From NCBI GenBank assembly GCA_043809585.1, contig JBDROZ010000044.1, forward strand, positions 1 to 58,516: 58,516 nt of DNA. The letters run 5' to 3'. Under the pieces are notes generated by a model. The model did no database searches. It was given only the letters and a program-made list of their open reading frames with translations, and was not told the DNA's origin. This stretch comes from Candidatus Eiseniibacteriota bacterium. GTDB lineage: Bacteria > Orphanbacterota > Orphanbacteria > Orphanbacterales > Orphanbacteraceae. The translations under genes and the position numbers were made by a program. The number at the start of each line of letters is the position of its first letter. Position 1 is the first letter of the stretch. Shown here piece by piece: positions 19,545 through 27,412 of the stretch.

Positions 19545-19840
19545 CATAATCATCGGCGGGGTGGGGGAGTGGCTGAGGGAGGGATAGAGGGGCAGACGTG
19601 AACGCTCGTCGTGCTGCGGGAGAGAACCCTCCCATTCTCCGGACGCGTAGAGGAGGCGTTACTGAAGACGGCAACAACTCCCCGGTTATGCCCCCATCCC
19701 TCCCGAAGCCGCTCCCCCGCTCGCCGGATCCCCATCGACAGAGAATGGCATCGGCCGCCTGCTCCGCCGCCCTCCGGACGGGTATCGCCCACGAGCACAT
19801 CTTCTCCAGGGTTCAGAGGAGGAGTGCGAGGAAGATGGTC
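19545..19840 (+). ncRNA. Unrecognised structured RNA-like element, copy A
   Basis: Homologous to 29807-30060. Long basal stem with G-U pairs on the + strand and compensatory changes between copies; no conserved ORF. Confidence 0.6.
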
Positions 19841-19935
19841 ACATCACCGTTCCCCCCTAAAGATCACGGTACTTCCTGCCGATTCTCTGAGTGCGGGCAA
19901 GGTATGCCCGATCAAGCCTTTGCACGGGGGGAACG

Positions 19936-21045
19936 ATGACTGGAACGCCCTGGTCCCGGGTGATCTTGATCGCGAGCGCCGTGCTCGTGACGGCGCTGGT
20001 CGTAGTCGTGATCGGCTTCGGATGGGGAATTCCCGGCGCCGCGGACAGGACCGGCCTCGCCGCCATCCTCCTCGTGGGGGCCCTCCTGAACTCGGTATTC
20101 ATCCATCGCCTCCTCAGGAAACGGGGTGTCCCGGCCGAGCCCGAACTCCGCATGACCCGTGACCAGCGGGTGAACACCGAATTCCGTCACGAGGTGGAGC
20201 GGTTCCTCGCCGAGATGGCCCGGGGCACGAGGCGGGACTTCGACCCGAAGAAGAAGCGGAGCGAAGCGAAGAAGCCGCCCCCGATCCCGAGCCGGGACGA
20301 AGACCGCCCGCCGGCTCCTCCCGAAGACCTGATCGCCCGGGTGGCGGAGAACCTGGAAATCCTCGGCGGCTACCGGGAAGATCTATCAGCGCTCCTCCGT
20401 CTCTACCGTCTCCTTGACGACCCGACTCTGACGGTCGAGGAAAAGGAGAAGACGAAAAAGGAAATCCGGCGGTTCGAAAAGGTGATCGCCCTCTCGTTCC
20501 TCCTCGAGGACTCGAGCTCGGTTCAGGACGAGACGCGCCGCCTGCTCGAGGGGCTTCGCCGGACCCTGAGCGGCGAGGAGACGGTCTCGGTTCCGCGGGA
20601 AGAATGGACCCCCGTGGACGTCAAGGACCAGATCGAGCAGGTCGTCCGCAGCCTTCCGGAGGACCGGACACGTTCCGCCTGGATCGACCGCCACGGGGGC
20701 GACGTGCCCCTCGTCCTCACCCGCCCGAACACCCTGTTCGAGGCGTTCTACTACGTGCTCGAGTACTTCCTCGACCTCGCGGGCGGCAAGACCATCCACG
20801 TCCGCACCGCCCAGCGGGGCGAAGATGTCTGGATCGGCGTCGGTGTCGGCCCCACTCCGGGGGCTTCGGTTCCGGAGATGGAGACGGACTCGCGGGTCGC
20901 CGCCGCCGGCGGCCTCTGGCGCGAGCTCGGCGGGAACCAGACTCTCGGCGAGGGCGAGATCCAGATTCTCCTTCCGATGCACGGTCCGGCCAGCCTCTTC
21001 TCCGAGAAGGGTGTCCGCCGAGGGGCCGGGGAAAAAACGAGTTGA
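19936..21045 (+). CDS. Hypothetical membrane protein (2 N-terminal TMs, C-terminus resembling a degenerate HATPase domain)
   Basis: GGGGGA RBS; two hydrophobic helices; PVDVKDQIEQVV...LFEAFYYVLEY...IHVRT order resembles kinase ATPase domains but lacks N/G boxes. Confidence 0.6.
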   Translation: MTGTPWSRVILIASAVLVTALVVVVIGFGWGIPGAADRTGLAAILLVGALLNSVFIHRLLRKRGVPAEPELRMTRDQRVNTEFRHEVERFLAEMARGTRRDFDPKKKRSEAKKPPPIPSRDEDRPPAPPEDLIARVAENLEILGGYREDLSALLRLYRLLDDPTLTVEEKEKTKKEIRRFEKVIALSFLLEDSSSVQDETRRLLEGLRRTLSGEETVSVPREEWTPVDVKDQIEQVVRSLPEDRTRSAWIDRHGGDVPLVLTRPNTLFEAFYYVLEYFLDLAGGKTIHVRTAQRGEDVWIGVGVGPTPGASVPEMETDSRVAAAGGLWRELGGNQTLGEGEIQILLPMHGPASLFSEKGVRRGAGEKTS

Positions 21046-21071
21046 CGCTTTTTCCGGCCCGGTGATACCGT
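21042..21071 (+). promoter_or_regulatory. Sigma70-type promoter of the small Zn-ribbon gene
   Basis: TTGACG-N18-TACCGT with extended TG; very similar to the 6S RNA promoter at 33587-33615. Confidence 0.55.
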
Positions 21072-21237
21072 CGATCCGGCATCGAGTTACCGTTCCGACA
21101 TCGGAATACGTCTCGTTCGACCGTGGACTCACCGTCCGGCCCGCCGGGCCGGCTCGGGTCCGTGCGGGTTCCGTGAGGCGGAAGGGGACGGGCTACGGGA
21201 CGGAGAAACCTGAGTGGTGATGGGAGGAGACGGAACG

Positions 21238-21429
21238 ATGGTGGGCGGATTCCCCCCGTGTAAGCAATGTTCCAACGGTGTTCTCTTGCCTCTGTCCGAC
21301 TACGGGAGGGATGGAGCCCCGATCCAGTACAAAGCCTGGGTCTGTTCCAACCCCGACTGCGGTTACAATGTGCGGATCGACAACGGGGAGATAAGCCTCG
21401 GCCGCCGTCTGGGCCAGTCCATCAAGTAA
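21238..21429 (+). CDS. Small zinc-ribbon-like protein (63 aa)
   Basis: GGAGGA RBS; CKQC...WVCSNPDC motifs; followed by a terminator. Confidence 0.8.
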   Translation: MVGGFPPCKQCSNGVLLPLSDYGRDGAPIQYKAWVCSNPDCGYNVRIDNGEISLGRRLGQSIK

Positions 21430-21443
21430 CGGAATCTTCGGCG

Positions 21444-21488
21444 AGGAAGGTCCGGGCCCGCGGCGCGTGGGGCGGCCTTCCTTTTTTT
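21444..21488 (+). terminator. Intrinsic terminator
   Basis: AGGAAGGTC...GGCCTTCCT stem followed by a T7 tract. Confidence 0.7.
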
Positions 21489-21511
21489 GTGCCCTCCCAG
21501 GAGGATCGGCC

Positions 21512-23074
21512 GTGGAAGTCCTGACACCGGATGAAATGCGCCGGGCCGACCGGATCGCCATCGACGAGATGGGCATTCCCGGCCTCGATCTGATGGAGCG
21601 GGCGGGCGCCGAGGTGGCGCGGGAGGTGGTGGTGCGTCTCGGCGACGCCCGAGGGCGGGTCGCCGTCTTTTGCGGCAAGGGGAACAACGGGGGGGACGGC
21701 TTCGCCGCGGCCCGGCGGCTGGCGGACCGGGGCGTCCGGGTCGAGGTCTTCCTCTTCGGGCGGGCCGCGGACCTCCTGGGGGAGGGGCGTGTGAACCACG
21801 ACCGCGCGGTCGCCGCCGGCGTCCCCGTGCGCGAGGCGCCGGAGGAGTCGGACGACGGTTTCGTCGCTTCCCGGCTTTCGGGGGCGACCCTTCTGGTCGA
21901 CGCCCTCCTCGGCACCGGCTTCACCGGAGCGCCGCGCGGTCGGATCCGGGACGCCATACGGCTCGCCAACGAATCGGGCCTCTTCACGATCGCCGTGGAC
22001 GCCCCCTCCGGTGTCGACACCCTATCGGGCCGCGCCGGAGGGGATGCGTTCCGGGCGGACGTGACGGTCACCCTCTGCCGCCCGAAGGTGGGGCTCTATC
22101 TCCACCCGGGGCGCGCCCTCGCCGGCGAGATCGTCACGGTTCCGATCGGCATCCCGGAGGCCGCCCTCGCGAAGGCGGGCGCCGGCGCCCGCCTCTTCGG
22201 CGAAGAAGAGGCGGCGGCTCTCGTGGAGCCCCGTCCCCGGAACGCCCACAAGGGGAGCTTCGGCCGAATCCTGATCGCCGGCGGTTCGCCCGACTACACA
22301 GGCGCGCCCCTCCTCGCGGGGCGGGCCGCGCTCCGCACCGGGGGCGGGCTCGTCACCCTCGGCCTTCCGGCGTCGCTCCGCCCTCTCTACGCGGCGCGGG
22401 TCCCGGAGTTGATGTCCCGCGCCTTCCCCGATCGGGACGGCGCGCACACCGGGGAGGGGGCGGCGTCCTTCCTGAGCGATCCGGCCCCTTTCGACACCCT
22501 CGCCGTCGGCCCGGGCCTCTCGCGGGGGGACGATCCCTTCGCCTTCGTTCGCGCCCTCGTCGCGGGCTGGGGGGGGGCTCTCGTCGTCGACGCCGACGGC
22601 CTGCACGCCCTCGCGGGGCGGGAGAAGGAGGTCGCCTCCTCGAAGGCCGACCTGGTCCTCACGCCCCACCTCGGCGAGATGGAATCCCTCACCGGCGCGG
22701 GCCGGGAGGAGATCCTCGACGACCCGACCGGCTTCGTGCGCGCGTGGGCGAAGCGCCTCCGGGCCACCCTCCTGCTCAAGGGAAACCCGACCCTCGTGGC
22801 GGACCCGGACGGTCTCGTCTCGATCAACACCACCGGCAATCCGGGAATGGCGACCGCCGGCTCCGGCGACGTCCTCACCGGCGTCATCGCCGCCCTCCTC
22901 GGGTCCCGCATGCCCGGGAAGGACGCCGCGCGCCTCGGCGTCTGGCTCCACGGCCGGGCGGGGGACCTGGCCGCGGCCCGGCTCGGCGAGGCGGGGCTCA
23001 CGGCCGGCGATCAGATCGAACACCTCCCCTACGCGATGCTCCCCCTGGAGCGCGCGGCGAAAGAGAAGCGATGA
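21512..23074 (+). CDS. nnr: Bifunctional NAD(P)H-hydrate epimerase/dehydratase (YjeF)
   Basis: LMERAG, GKGNNGGDG, DALLGTG, HKGSFG, VDADG, LTPHLGE, MATAGSGDVLTG; GTG start with AGGAGG RBS. Confidence 0.96.
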   Translation: MEVLTPDEMRRADRIAIDEMGIPGLDLMERAGAEVAREVVVRLGDARGRVAVFCGKGNNGGDGFAAARRLADRGVRVEVFLFGRAADLLGEGRVNHDRAVAAGVPVREAPEESDDGFVASRLSGATLLVDALLGTGFTGAPRGRIRDAIRLANESGLFTIAVDAPSGVDTLSGRAGGDAFRADVTVTLCRPKVGLYLHPGRALAGEIVTVPIGIPEAALAKAGAGARLFGEEEAAALVEPRPRNAHKGSFGRILIAGGSPDYTGAPLLAGRAALRTGGGLVTLGLPASLRPLYAARVPELMSRAFPDRDGAHTGEGAASFLSDPAPFDTLAVGPGLSRGDDPFAFVRALVAGWGGALVVDADGLHALAGREKEVASSKADLVLTPHLGEMESLTGAGREEILDDPTGFVRAWAKRLRATLLLKGNPTLVADPDGLVSINTTGNPGMATAGSGDVLTGVIAALLGSRMPGKDAARLGVWLHGRAGDLAAARLGEAGLTAGDQIEHLPYAMLPLERAAKEKR

Positions 23075-24096
23075 GCCTCCGCGAAACGGGGGAACGGGGG
23101 CTTATCGAGGAGTTGCGCCGAATGTTCGAAAAGACCGGGGAGCGCACGCTCCTCGGCATCGGAGACGACGCGGCGGTGGTGGACGCGGGGGGCCGGCTCC
23201 TGGTCATCACGACCGATTCCTTCACCGAGTGGCACCACTTCCGCTGGGACTTCATCTCCCCTGACCAGACGGGGGAGAAGGCGCTGAACGCCACGGTGAG
23301 CGATTGCGCCGCCATGGGGTGCGCCCCCCTCTGGGTCACCGTCTCCCTCGCCGCCCCCGCCGAAACCCAGACCGAGCGGATCATGGAGATCTTCATCGGC
23401 CTGAAGCGGGGCGCCGAGAGGCACCGGTGCGACATCGTGGGCGGGGACACGGTCGCCTCCACGAGTGATCTCGTTCTCACCCTCACCGCCGTGGGCGAGC
23501 CCTTCGGCGAGCGCGTGATCACCCGGTCCGGCGCCGGAGTGGGAGACGACCTGTTCGTCACCGGCCGTCTCGGCGGTCCGATGGCCGGTTTGCTCCTGCT
23601 CCGTCACGAACCGTCTCTCTCCTTGGAGGAGGAGTTCCGCCCGTCGGTCATGCGCTTCCTCGCGCCGGAGGCGCGGGTCGATGCGGCGCGGATCCTCTCC
23701 CGGCGCTTCCCGGTCACCTCCCTCATCGACGTGAGTGACGGCCTCTCCGTCGATCTTCATCACCTCGCCCGGGAGAGCGGCGTCGGGTTCCATGTGGAGA
23801 AGGCGAACCTTCCCGTGGAGTCTTCGATTTTCGCCATCGCCGAGCGGCTCGAAGTGCCTCCGGAGGTCCTCGCCCTGCACGGCGGCGAGGAGTTCGAACT
23901 CCTCTTCACGCTCCCCCCCGGCGAGGAGGAACGGGTGGTCCGGGAGCTTCGCGAAGAGGCGGGTCTCGAGGTGACGCGCATCGGAACGGCGGTCCCCTCG
24001 GAAGAGGGGGTGCTCCTCGTGGACGAAAACGGCGAAGAGGAGCCCCTCCCCGAGAAGGGATACGAGCACTTCCGCGAGAGGGGCCCCGAGAAATAG
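23071..24096 (+). CDS. thiL: Thiamine-monophosphate kinase
   Basis: GERGLI, GIGDDAAV, SDCAAMG, GGDT, IDVSDGL, GGEEFEL; ATGA overlap with nnr. Confidence 0.95.
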   Translation: MSLRETGERGLIEELRRMFEKTGERTLLGIGDDAAVVDAGGRLLVITTDSFTEWHHFRWDFISPDQTGEKALNATVSDCAAMGCAPLWVTVSLAAPAETQTERIMEIFIGLKRGAERHRCDIVGGDTVASTSDLVLTLTAVGEPFGERVITRSGAGVGDDLFVTGRLGGPMAGLLLLRHEPSLSLEEEFRPSVMRFLAPEARVDAARILSRRFPVTSLIDVSDGLSVDLHHLARESGVGFHVEKANLPVESSIFAIAERLEVPPEVLALHGGEEFELLFTLPPGEEERVVRELREEAGLEVTRIGTAVPSEEGVLLVDENGEEEPLPEKGYEHFRERGPEK

Positions 24097-24126
24097 GGTG
24101 CTCATCCGAGCGGGGTCAAATACCAC

Positions 24127-24144
24127 ATTTTATTGTAATAAAAT
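24127..24144. promoter_or_regulatory. AT-rich perfect palindrome, possible operator
   Basis: ATTTTATT-GT-AATAAAAT in a GC-rich genome, ~50 bp upstream of the repair-operon promoter. Confidence 0.4.
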
Positions 24145-24191
24145 AGATTAACAGAGTGCGAGTGGTTTCCGGGGAGACAGTGAGATCTCTC

Positions 24192-24220
24192 TTGACCGCT
24201 GCACAAATGTCCAGTATGTT
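24192..24220 (+). promoter_or_regulatory. Sigma70 promoter with LexA-type SOS box in the spacer (24199-24214)
   Basis: TTGACC-N17-TATGTT. Spacer contains CTGCACAAATGTCCAG (CTG-N10-CAG; also TGCAC-N4-GTCCA). Drives the dinB operon. Confidence 0.7.
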
Positions 24221-24258
24221 GGGCAGTGAACCAATCCCGAGGGGAGGTCCCGATCGCC

Positions 24259-25446
24259 ATGGCCGACGAGAGACGCGAGCGTCCGGAGGGTGTTCCCTGG
24301 ATCTGGATGCTCCGGTCCCGCATCGCCACCAAAGGATCTCTGGACGCCCTCTTCCGGCTCTTCGGCGCGAAGACCGTGCTTCCCGATCTCTTCTTCGTCC
24401 GTCCTCTTCTCTCGGGCGCCCAGTTCCTCGATGTTCGTGAGGCGTTCTCCCGGATCAAGTCGTGGAACGACTGGGTCCTCTCCTGGAGCGGCATCGCCGA
24501 GAAGAGGGAAACTTACGCCGCCCTCGCCGAAGAGGAGGGCCGGCTCGTGACGGCCAGGGAGAATTGGATCTGGGCCGCCGCCGCCCACCACATGGCGCAG
24601 TTCCTCCTCTTCGAGGAGGTCGATCGGAAGCGGGAGATCTACCGGCGATCCGCCGCCTGCTACCGCCGTGGCGCGGCCCTCCTCGATCCGCCGGCCGAAC
24701 CGGTTGCGATTCCCCACGGGGCCATCGAGATGGCCGGCGTCCTCCGTCTCCCTTCGGGAGAGGGGAAGCGGCCGTTGGTGGTCCTCCTCTGCGGCGCGGA
24801 CGGATCGAAAGAGGAGATGCACTTCTTCGCCGAGGGGTTCGTGCGGCGCGGGATCGGCGCTCTCGCCATGGACGGCCCCGGGATCGGGGAGACCTGGGAT
24901 CTCGCCCCGCTCGGGGGAGGGGACGATCCGGTGGGGACGTCGGTTTTCGATTTTCTCTCCCGGGACGGCCGGATCGACGAAGACCGGATCGCCCTCTTCG
25001 GCGTCTCCTTCGGCGGGACTCTCGGGCTCCGGATGGCCGCCGCCGAACCGCGGTTCCGGGCGGTGGTCACCCTCACGGCCCCCTACGATCTGTCCGCGTA
25101 CGACGAGTACGTCATGCCCGTCATCCGGGAGCAGGTGATGTACCTCCTCCATTCCGATTCGGAGGAGGGCTTCCGGAAGTGGGCGAAGGAATTCTCGGTC
25201 CGGGGGGTCGTCGCGAAGATCGAGGCGCCCATTCTCGTCATCGGCGGCGGCGAGGACGTCTTCGTTCCGGGGGACCACGCGAAACGCATCTTCGAGGAGG
25301 CCCGGGGGAGGAAGAAGATGGTCTTCTTCCAGGACTCCGATCACCTGTGCACGGAATTTCTCTTCGATCTGGTCGGAAAGGTGGAGGAATGGCTGATCGA
25401 GATCGGTTTCGTTTCGGCGGCAAAGAGGGGAACGGCCCGTCCGTAA
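24259..25446 (+). CDS. Alpha/beta hydrolase (FrsA / 2,6-dihydroxypseudooxynicotine hydrolase-like)
   Basis: GADGSKEE, DGPGIGE, nucleophile elbow GVSFGG, GGEDVFV, DHLC; GGGGAGG RBS. Confidence 0.88.
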   Translation: MADERRERPEGVPWIWMLRSRIATKGSLDALFRLFGAKTVLPDLFFVRPLLSGAQFLDVREAFSRIKSWNDWVLSWSGIAEKRETYAALAEEEGRLVTARENWIWAAAAHHMAQFLLFEEVDRKREIYRRSAACYRRGAALLDPPAEPVAIPHGAIEMAGVLRLPSGEGKRPLVVLLCGADGSKEEMHFFAEGFVRRGIGALAMDGPGIGETWDLAPLGGGDDPVGTSVFDFLSRDGRIDEDRIALFGVSFGGTLGLRMAAAEPRFRAVVTLTAPYDLSAYDEYVMPVIREQVMYLLHSDSEEGFRKWAKEFSVRGVVAKIEAPILVIGGGEDVFVPGDHAKRIFEEARGRKKMVFFQDSDHLCTEFLFDLVGKVEEWLIEIGFVSAAKRGTARP

Positions 25447-26609
25447 TCCTCCACGTCGACATGGACTCGTTCTTCGTTTCCGTGGAGCGATCCCTCGACC
25501 CGCGCCTCCGGGACCGGCCGGTCATGGTGGGGGGCACGCCGGGGGGGCGGGGCGTCGTCGTCGCCTGCTCCTACGACGTGCGGAAGATGGGCGTGCGGGC
25601 CGGCATGCCCGCGGGACGGGCGATCCGGCTCGCGCCGGGGGCGACCATGCTCCCCTCCCGGCACAGGCTCTACACGCAGATCTCCACCGGCATCATGATC
25701 ATCCTCTCCCGGTTCACCGACCGTTTCGAGCCGACCTCCGTGGACGAGGCGTATCTCGATCTCTCCGGTCTTCCCGGCGGGTGCCTCGCGGCGGTATCCG
25801 TGGGGGAGGAGATCCGGCGCGCCGTACGGGAGAAGTACGGCCTCCCGGCATCGGTCGGCATCGGCCCGAGCCGGATGATCGCCAAGATCGCATCCCGAAT
25901 GGCGAAGCCGGACGGGATCGATTGCATTCCGGCGGAGCGGATCCCATGCGCCGTTTTTCCCCTTCCGGTGGATGCCATGGGAGGGGTGGGGGAGAAAACG
26001 GCCGCGTCCCTCCGCATGCTCGGGATCCGAACCATCGGCGATCTCGCCGCGGCGGACGGGGGGGCGCTCCGCAGGTTTTTCGGCAAGAACGGCTCCCTCC
26101 TGTCGCGCCTCGCCCGGGGGGAAGGGGATTTCGCCGTCGTCTCCTTCCGGGAGGCGCCGGACCCGAAATCGATGTCGAACGAACGGACCCTCGCCCGGGA
26201 CTCGTCGAATCCGGAGTTCCTCGACACCACGCTCCTCTGGCTTTCGGAGAAGGTCGCGGGACGCCTCCGGCGGGAGGAGATGATCGGCGATGTCTTCACA
26301 TTGAAGATCCGGTTCGCCGATTTCCGGACGATCCTCCGAAGCCGGACGCTGCCGGAGCACACGAACGACGAGCGCACGATACTCGCCCTCGCCCGGGAGT
26401 CCTTCGCGCGCCACTCCGGGGGGCGGCCCGTGCGGCTGCTCGGAGTGGGAATCTCGAATCTGGTCCGCCTTGGGGCGGGGGGGGGAGGATCTATTCCCGC
26501 CCTCGATCTCGAGCCCGCGCGCCGGCGTTACCGGGAGGCCCTTCCGGTCTTCGACAGGGTCCGTTCCCGGTTCGGCGAGGGGTCCCTCCGAAAGGCGAGT
26601 CTCCTATGA
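25389..26609 (+). CDS. dinB: DNA polymerase IV (Y family)
   Basis: ILHVDMDSFFVSVE, GRGVV..CSYDVR, SVDEAYLD, AKIASRMAKPDG, GVGEKT, little-finger VRLLGV; start position uncertain. Confidence 0.95.
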   Translation: MADRDRFRFGGKEGNGPSVILHVDMDSFFVSVERSLDPRLRDRPVMVGGTPGGRGVVVACSYDVRKMGVRAGMPAGRAIRLAPGATMLPSRHRLYTQISTGIMIILSRFTDRFEPTSVDEAYLDLSGLPGGCLAAVSVGEEIRRAVREKYGLPASVGIGPSRMIAKIASRMAKPDGIDCIPAERIPCAVFPLPVDAMGGVGEKTAASLRMLGIRTIGDLAAADGGALRRFFGKNGSLLSRLARGEGDFAVVSFREAPDPKSMSNERTLARDSSNPEFLDTTLLWLSEKVAGRLRREEMIGDVFTLKIRFADFRTILRSRTLPEHTNDERTILALARESFARHSGGRPVRLLGVGISNLVRLGAGGGGSIPALDLEPARRRYREALPVFDRVRSRFGEGSLRKASLL

Positions 26610-27412
26610 TCCTGGTCGGCACTTCGGGTTTCCACTTCGACGACTGGGTCGGGCCTTTCTACCCCCCCTACCTCAAGAAGTCGGAGCACTTCGCCTGGTA
26701 CGTCCGCCACTTTCCGGCCCTCGAAGTGAACGGCACCTACTACCGAATTCCCGCGACAGGCACCTTCGACCGGTGGAACCGGATCTCGCCGGACGGCTAC
26801 CCCTTCGTCGTGAAGTTTCACGGCGACGTCACCCACGGGCGGCGGAATCCGGAGGACTCGGTCTACCGCCTGATGCAGGCTCTCGAGCCGATCCGCTCGT
26901 CGGGCAAGCTCGCCGGGCTCCTCGCCCAGTTTCCCTGGGGCTTTCGCGAGGGGGAGGAAGAGCGGGAATATCTCCGGCGCGTCCGGCGCCTCGTGCCGGA
27001 AAGCGATCCCGTTTTCGTCGAGTTCCGCCACGCCGGGTGGGATTCGCCCGAGACCTACCGCTTCCTCGAGGACGAGAGGTTCGGTTTCTGCTCCGTCGAC
27101 GAACCCGCTCTGGGCGGACTCATGCCCCCCGTGGCCCGGCAGACGAACGGCATCGGATACGTCCGCCTTCACGGGCGGAACGAAAAAGCGTGGTGGGGGG
27201 GGGAGGGGGGCGACCGGTACGACTACCTCTACTCGGATGAAGAACTCGGCGAGTGGGTCGAGCGGGTCCGGGAGTTCGAGACGTCGACCGCCCGGTCCTA
27301 CGTCTTCTTCAACAACTGCTACGCCGGGCAGGCGGTCCGGGGGGCGAAGCGGATGCAGGAGCTGCTCGGGATCCCGCCGACCGGAGAGGAGGCGCCTTCT
27401 CTTGACCTCTAA
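26606..27412 (+). CDS. DUF72 (YecE-like) protein
   Basis: VGTSGF..DDWVGPFYP, EVNGTYY, LAQFP, VEFRH, YVRLHGRN, YDYLYS, FFNN; ATGA overlap with dinB. Confidence 0.92.
   Translation: MILVGTSGFHFDDWVGPFYPPYLKKSEHFAWYVRHFPALEVNGTYYRIPATGTFDRWNRISPDGYPFVVKFHGDVTHGRRNPEDSVYRLMQALEPIRSSGKLAGLLAQFPWGFREGEEEREYLRRVRRLVPESDPVFVEFRHAGWDSPETYRFLEDERFGFCSVDEPALGGLMPPVARQTNGIGYVRLHGRNEKAWWGGEGGDRYDYLYSDEELGEWVERVREFETSTARSYVFFNNCYAGQAVRGAKRMQELLGIPPTGEEAPSLDL

Noticed and set aside
19550-19798. Short minus-strand ORFs sharing RPENGRVLSR with 29789-30019
   Set aside because: The reading frame is not conserved between copies outside the identical DNA block; variation follows base-pairing rather than codons
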